DNA of 64,000 nt, from assembly GCA_964525635.1 (NCBI GenBank), contig CAZGJX010000003.1:32001-96000 (forward strand), written 5' to 3'. The stretch comes from an uncultured archaeon. Lineage in GTDB: Archaea; Asgardarchaeota; Lokiarchaeia; Sigyniarchaeales; SOKP01. The translations under genes were made by a program, and so were the position numbers. The notes under the pieces are model-generated. The model was not told the DNA's origin, did not search any database, and saw nothing but the letters and a program-made list of their open reading frames with translations. Numbering within the stretch: position 1 is the stretch's first letter; each line of letters begins with the position of its first letter. This document shows positions 61,083 through 64,000 of the stretch, one piece after another.

Positions 61083-63143
61083 TTATTCGATATAAACTAC
61101 CAGTAGTTCTTTTAAATTAATAAAATTTTTAAAAGAATTAACTAAATTTCCTTTTTCTAAGTCATCTAATCCATGGTTATTCAATTTAGTAATCTTTTCT
61201 TTTAATTTTCCGTATTTGTGGAGTTCTAATAACCCATAATGATTTTTTACCTTTTCTATTGCCATTGGACCAATATTCCATTTTATTAGATTACTTGAAT
61301 TCGATTTTGTAATTTTTTTAGGCTTTATATTTTTTGGTTCAATTATAATATTTATAAAATAATTAGGGATAATATCTTCTATAACAATACTCTCTAATTG
61401 TTTTCCATATCTATTATTAAAGTGCATTTTTACATCATAATGACCTTCAATTTCTCGATTTTCTATATTTGAATGAGTTTTTATTAAGTTAATTTGATTT
61501 TCTATAATAAAAATAATCGTTCTTGAGATTCTTTTTTGTAACTTATATGTTATTTCAAATTTTTCCTTTTTCTTTACTTCTTGAACATTCCATATTAATT
61601 CTAGTCCTGAACCCGTTAAAGTTTTTTTAGGTGATTTACCTTGATCAACAGGATTACCATTTAATTCAATATTTGTAAGCTCAAAATTATAAGGAATAAG
61701 ATCTGTTAAGATCCCTTCTTTAATAATATCATTAAAGGAGTTTTCAAAACCAGATATTACCTGAAAACTTGATATTTTATCAGATTCATTGTCATTTTCC
61801 TTTATATTTCGGATATTGATTTTTTTTTTTAACTCAATAATTTCGCCAGAAGCACTTGTAAGGACGTATTTATTCAAAATTTCATTTTTAATCTCAACTC
61901 GATGGTGGTCTAATAATGAATTTATTTGTTTAAACATCTCTTTTTTATCATCAGATAAATCACCTACAAGTTTTTTTACGGAATATTTATCAATTATGGG
62001 TAAAATATCTTCATCTGTTTCTATTATGTTATTAAGTTCTTTAGCTTTTTCAATAAATTTTGATATTTGATTTTTTCTTAGCTCTTCTGATTCTTTTAAA
62101 TTTGTTTTTAAATTATCAGATAATTGATTATACTTACTTTCCTTATCCTTATCTTCAATTTCCTTAACTAATTTTATTATATTTTTACAAATAGAGATTG
62201 ATCTGAGGATATGATTATTATTTTGTGATTCTTCAAGTTTCTTTTCTAATTCTTGAAGATTTTTAATTTTTGTGTTATATATTTCCTCAAGAGTAGATAT
62301 ATCATTCTTGATATTTTCTAATTTTTTAAGTTGTTCGGGTAAATCTTTATTTTTTAATTTTTGGATGATTGAGGTTAATTCAATTCTTGCTTCAGTATAA
62401 CGCTTATTTTCTTTTAGAATCTTACATTCAGATATTACATTAGCTATATCCCTTTTTAATTGATTTAAATCTTTAATATGGATATATCTTTCTTCGAAAT
62501 TGCTCCATTTTTTGAGAATATCATCATCATATATTTCTTTCAGAAAATTTTTAGATTCATTTAAGATCTGTTCTACTGATTTAAGATCGTAAGAATCTAA
62601 AGAATTAATAATTCTTTTTTCAAGTTTAGCTAGATCCTTTTTAATAGTGTCTTGTTTCTTTTTAAATTCCTCCCAATTTTCTTTCTCTTCAATGAAAAGT
62701 GCCCTAATATCAGAAATAGATTCAAGTTTTACTTTAGTTCCATATTTTTTTTTGAAATCTATGATCAAATTATGTGCTTGAAATATTTTCTCTTGTTCTG
62801 TTAAATTAATAAATTGAGTTTTTAATCTTTCATAAATAGTATTAATCTCTTTAGTTAATTTTCTTTTTTCTATTAATAATTCACATTTCCTAATATATTC
62901 TTCTTGTTCTTTAACAATTGATGGTAAATTGCCTTCTTTAGCAAGTTCTATTATATCCTTAGTTACTTTTATTGCTTCTAAGAAATCTCCAAGCATAAAA
63001 CAATTATTTTGAGGTATTGTTAAATCTTCAATTCTTTCGAGATATACCATTTTTTTCTTAATTATCTTTTTCTTCTTTTTTTTTTCTATATCATACTCTT
63101 CTTCTTTATTTTCTTCTACATTATTCTCTTTCATAATCATCAC
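61083..63143 (-). CDS. coiled-coil/helical protein with two C-terminal Ig-like beta-sandwich repeats
   Basis: Lys/Glu-rich helical N-terminal half; repeats ILTDLIPYNF..LIWNV and VIEDIIPNYF..IKWNI. Confidence 0.65.
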   Translation of the reverse strand: MMIMKENNVEENKEEEYDIEKKKKKKIIKKKMVYLERIEDLTIPQNNCFMLGDFLEAIKVTKDIIELAKEGNLPSIVKEQEEYIRKCELLIEKRKLTKEINTIYERLKTQFINLTEQEKIFQAHNLIIDFKKKYGTKVKLESISDIRALFIEEKENWEEFKKKQDTIKKDLAKLEKRIINSLDSYDLKSVEQILNESKNFLKEIYDDDILKKWSNFEERYIHIKDLNQLKRDIANVISECKILKENKRYTEARIELTSIIQKLKNKDLPEQLKKLENIKNDISTLEEIYNTKIKNLQELEKKLEESQNNNHILRSISICKNIIKLVKEIEDKDKESKYNQLSDNLKTNLKESEELRKNQISKFIEKAKELNNIIETDEDILPIIDKYSVKKLVGDLSDDKKEMFKQINSLLDHHRVEIKNEILNKYVLTSASGEIIELKKKINIRNIKENDNESDKISSFQVISGFENSFNDIIKEGILTDLIPYNFELTNIELNGNPVDQGKSPKKTLTGSGLELIWNVQEVKKKEKFEITYKLQKRISRTIIFIIENQINLIKTHSNIENREIEGHYDVKMHFNNRYGKQLESIVIEDIIPNYFINIIIEPKNIKPKKITKSNSSNLIKWNIGPMAIEKVKNHYGLLELHKYGKLKEKITKLNNHGLDDLEKGNLVNSFKNFINLKELLVVYIE

Positions 63144-63998
63144 TTATTTTATTTTATATTCCTTAAATTGATTAATGATTTTTTCATAGAATTGTAATGT
63201 TTCTAATAAATTGCCATTATTTAAGGAATTAATACCATCTCTAGCAAGATCTTTAATGCTATTTTTTAGTTCCTCATATTTATATAATTCCATTAATCTA
63301 TAGTTAAAATTAAGAACATTTTTTTCTATATTCTCGATAGACCATTTAATAATATTACCTATTTCAGTTTCATTTTGTTCTGAAGGTAATATATTTTTAG
63401 GTTCTTTAATTGAACTGATATAATACGAGGGGATAATATCTTCTATAACTAATCCATTTAATTGGTTTCCATATGAATTATTAAAAGGCATTTTTGCTTC
63501 AAATATACCCTCTAATTGAAGGGAATTTAAATTATTATGTGTATTGATTATTTTTATTTGATCGTTAAAAATATATATAATAGTTCTTGAAATTCGCCTG
63601 CGAAGTTGATAATTAATTTCGATATTTTCTTTCAGTTGGATATTTTCAAGTTTCCATTTATATTCTATTCCATCTTTAGTAAGTTGTTTATCGGGAGTTT
63701 TTTCTACTTCTTTATTATTTATTTTTATATTAGTGATCTCAAAATTATATGGGACTAAATCTATAAGAATTGCTTCTTCAATTATCTCATCAAAGGGATT
63801 AGAAAATCCAGAATGCCCATATAATAGCAATTTTTCATTATTTTTATTTATTTTTTTTATTTCCGTGTCTTTTTCGAATTCATGAATTTCTCCTGATAAG
63901 CCAAAAAGGAATACTTTAGTTTTTATATTTTTATTTATTTTTACACGATGTTTTTCAAGTAAAACTCCAAGTTTTTCAAGTTTCTTATTAGGTTCTTT
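63144..63998 (-). CDS. paralogue of 61083-63143, 5' end cut off by the window edge
   Basis: Frame open to the window end; LLEKHRVKI vs LLDHHRVEI, RRISRTII, IEDIIP. Confidence 0.75.
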   Translation of the reverse strand, partial: KEPNKKLEKLGVLLEKHRVKINKNIKTKVFLFGLSGEIHEFEKDTEIKKINKNNEKLLLYGHSGFSNPFDEIIEEAILIDLVPYNFEITNIKINNKEVEKTPDKQLTKDGIEYKWKLENIQLKENIEINYQLRRRISRTIIYIFNDQIKIINTHNNLNSLQLEGIFEAKMPFNNSYGNQLNGLVIEDIIPSYYISSIKEPKNILPSEQNETEIGNIIKWSIENIEKNVLNFNYRLMELYKYEELKNSIKDLARDGINSLNNGNLLETLQFYEKIINQFKEYKIK

Positions 63999-64000
63999 AC

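Noticed and set aside
155-62070. Short overlapping ORFs in the track (e.g. 155-355, 7523-7804, 14280-14501, 15593-15925, 23673-23975, 40772-41630, 48239-48610, 57852-59039, 61789-62070)
   Set aside because: Antisense or alternate-frame shadows of well-supported genes, with no recognisable motifs

Overview
Very AT-rich archaeal DNA, most likely from an Asgard archaeon of the Lokiarchaeia type. This is inferred from the repeated longin-like domains, the TPR-longin paralogue family, a UEV/RWD-like domain and the archaeal-type leuA/hdrD genes; it is not proven. Contents in order: five paralogous TPR+longin-like genes bracketing a complete trpDCFBAEG operon and a multi-zinc-ribbon/Vsr-like nuclease; a PAS histidine kinase with two receiver proteins; an unusual ABC-2 cluster (prenyltransferase-barrel/ATPase fusion, UEV-like/dead-ATPase fusion, longin proteins); FAD oxidoreductase, MFS and HdrD-like genes; an acyltransferase/condensation/sulfotransferase cluster; an RNA ligase; Fe-ADH; leuA; a C13-like peptidase; and several pseudogenes. 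The main finding is two short ORFs missing from the ORF track. MHAYKFKLGWQWPWRFE (7221-7274) lies ahead of the trp operon, and a peptide ending ...VLSLGLLLNLLLLLL (57518-57619) lies ahead of leuA. Each is rich in the amino acid its downstream pathway makes and each is coupled to RNA hairpins. Together they point to ribosome-sensed leader-peptide attenuation in this archaeon. No rRNA, tRNA, CRISPR array or transposase was recognised.
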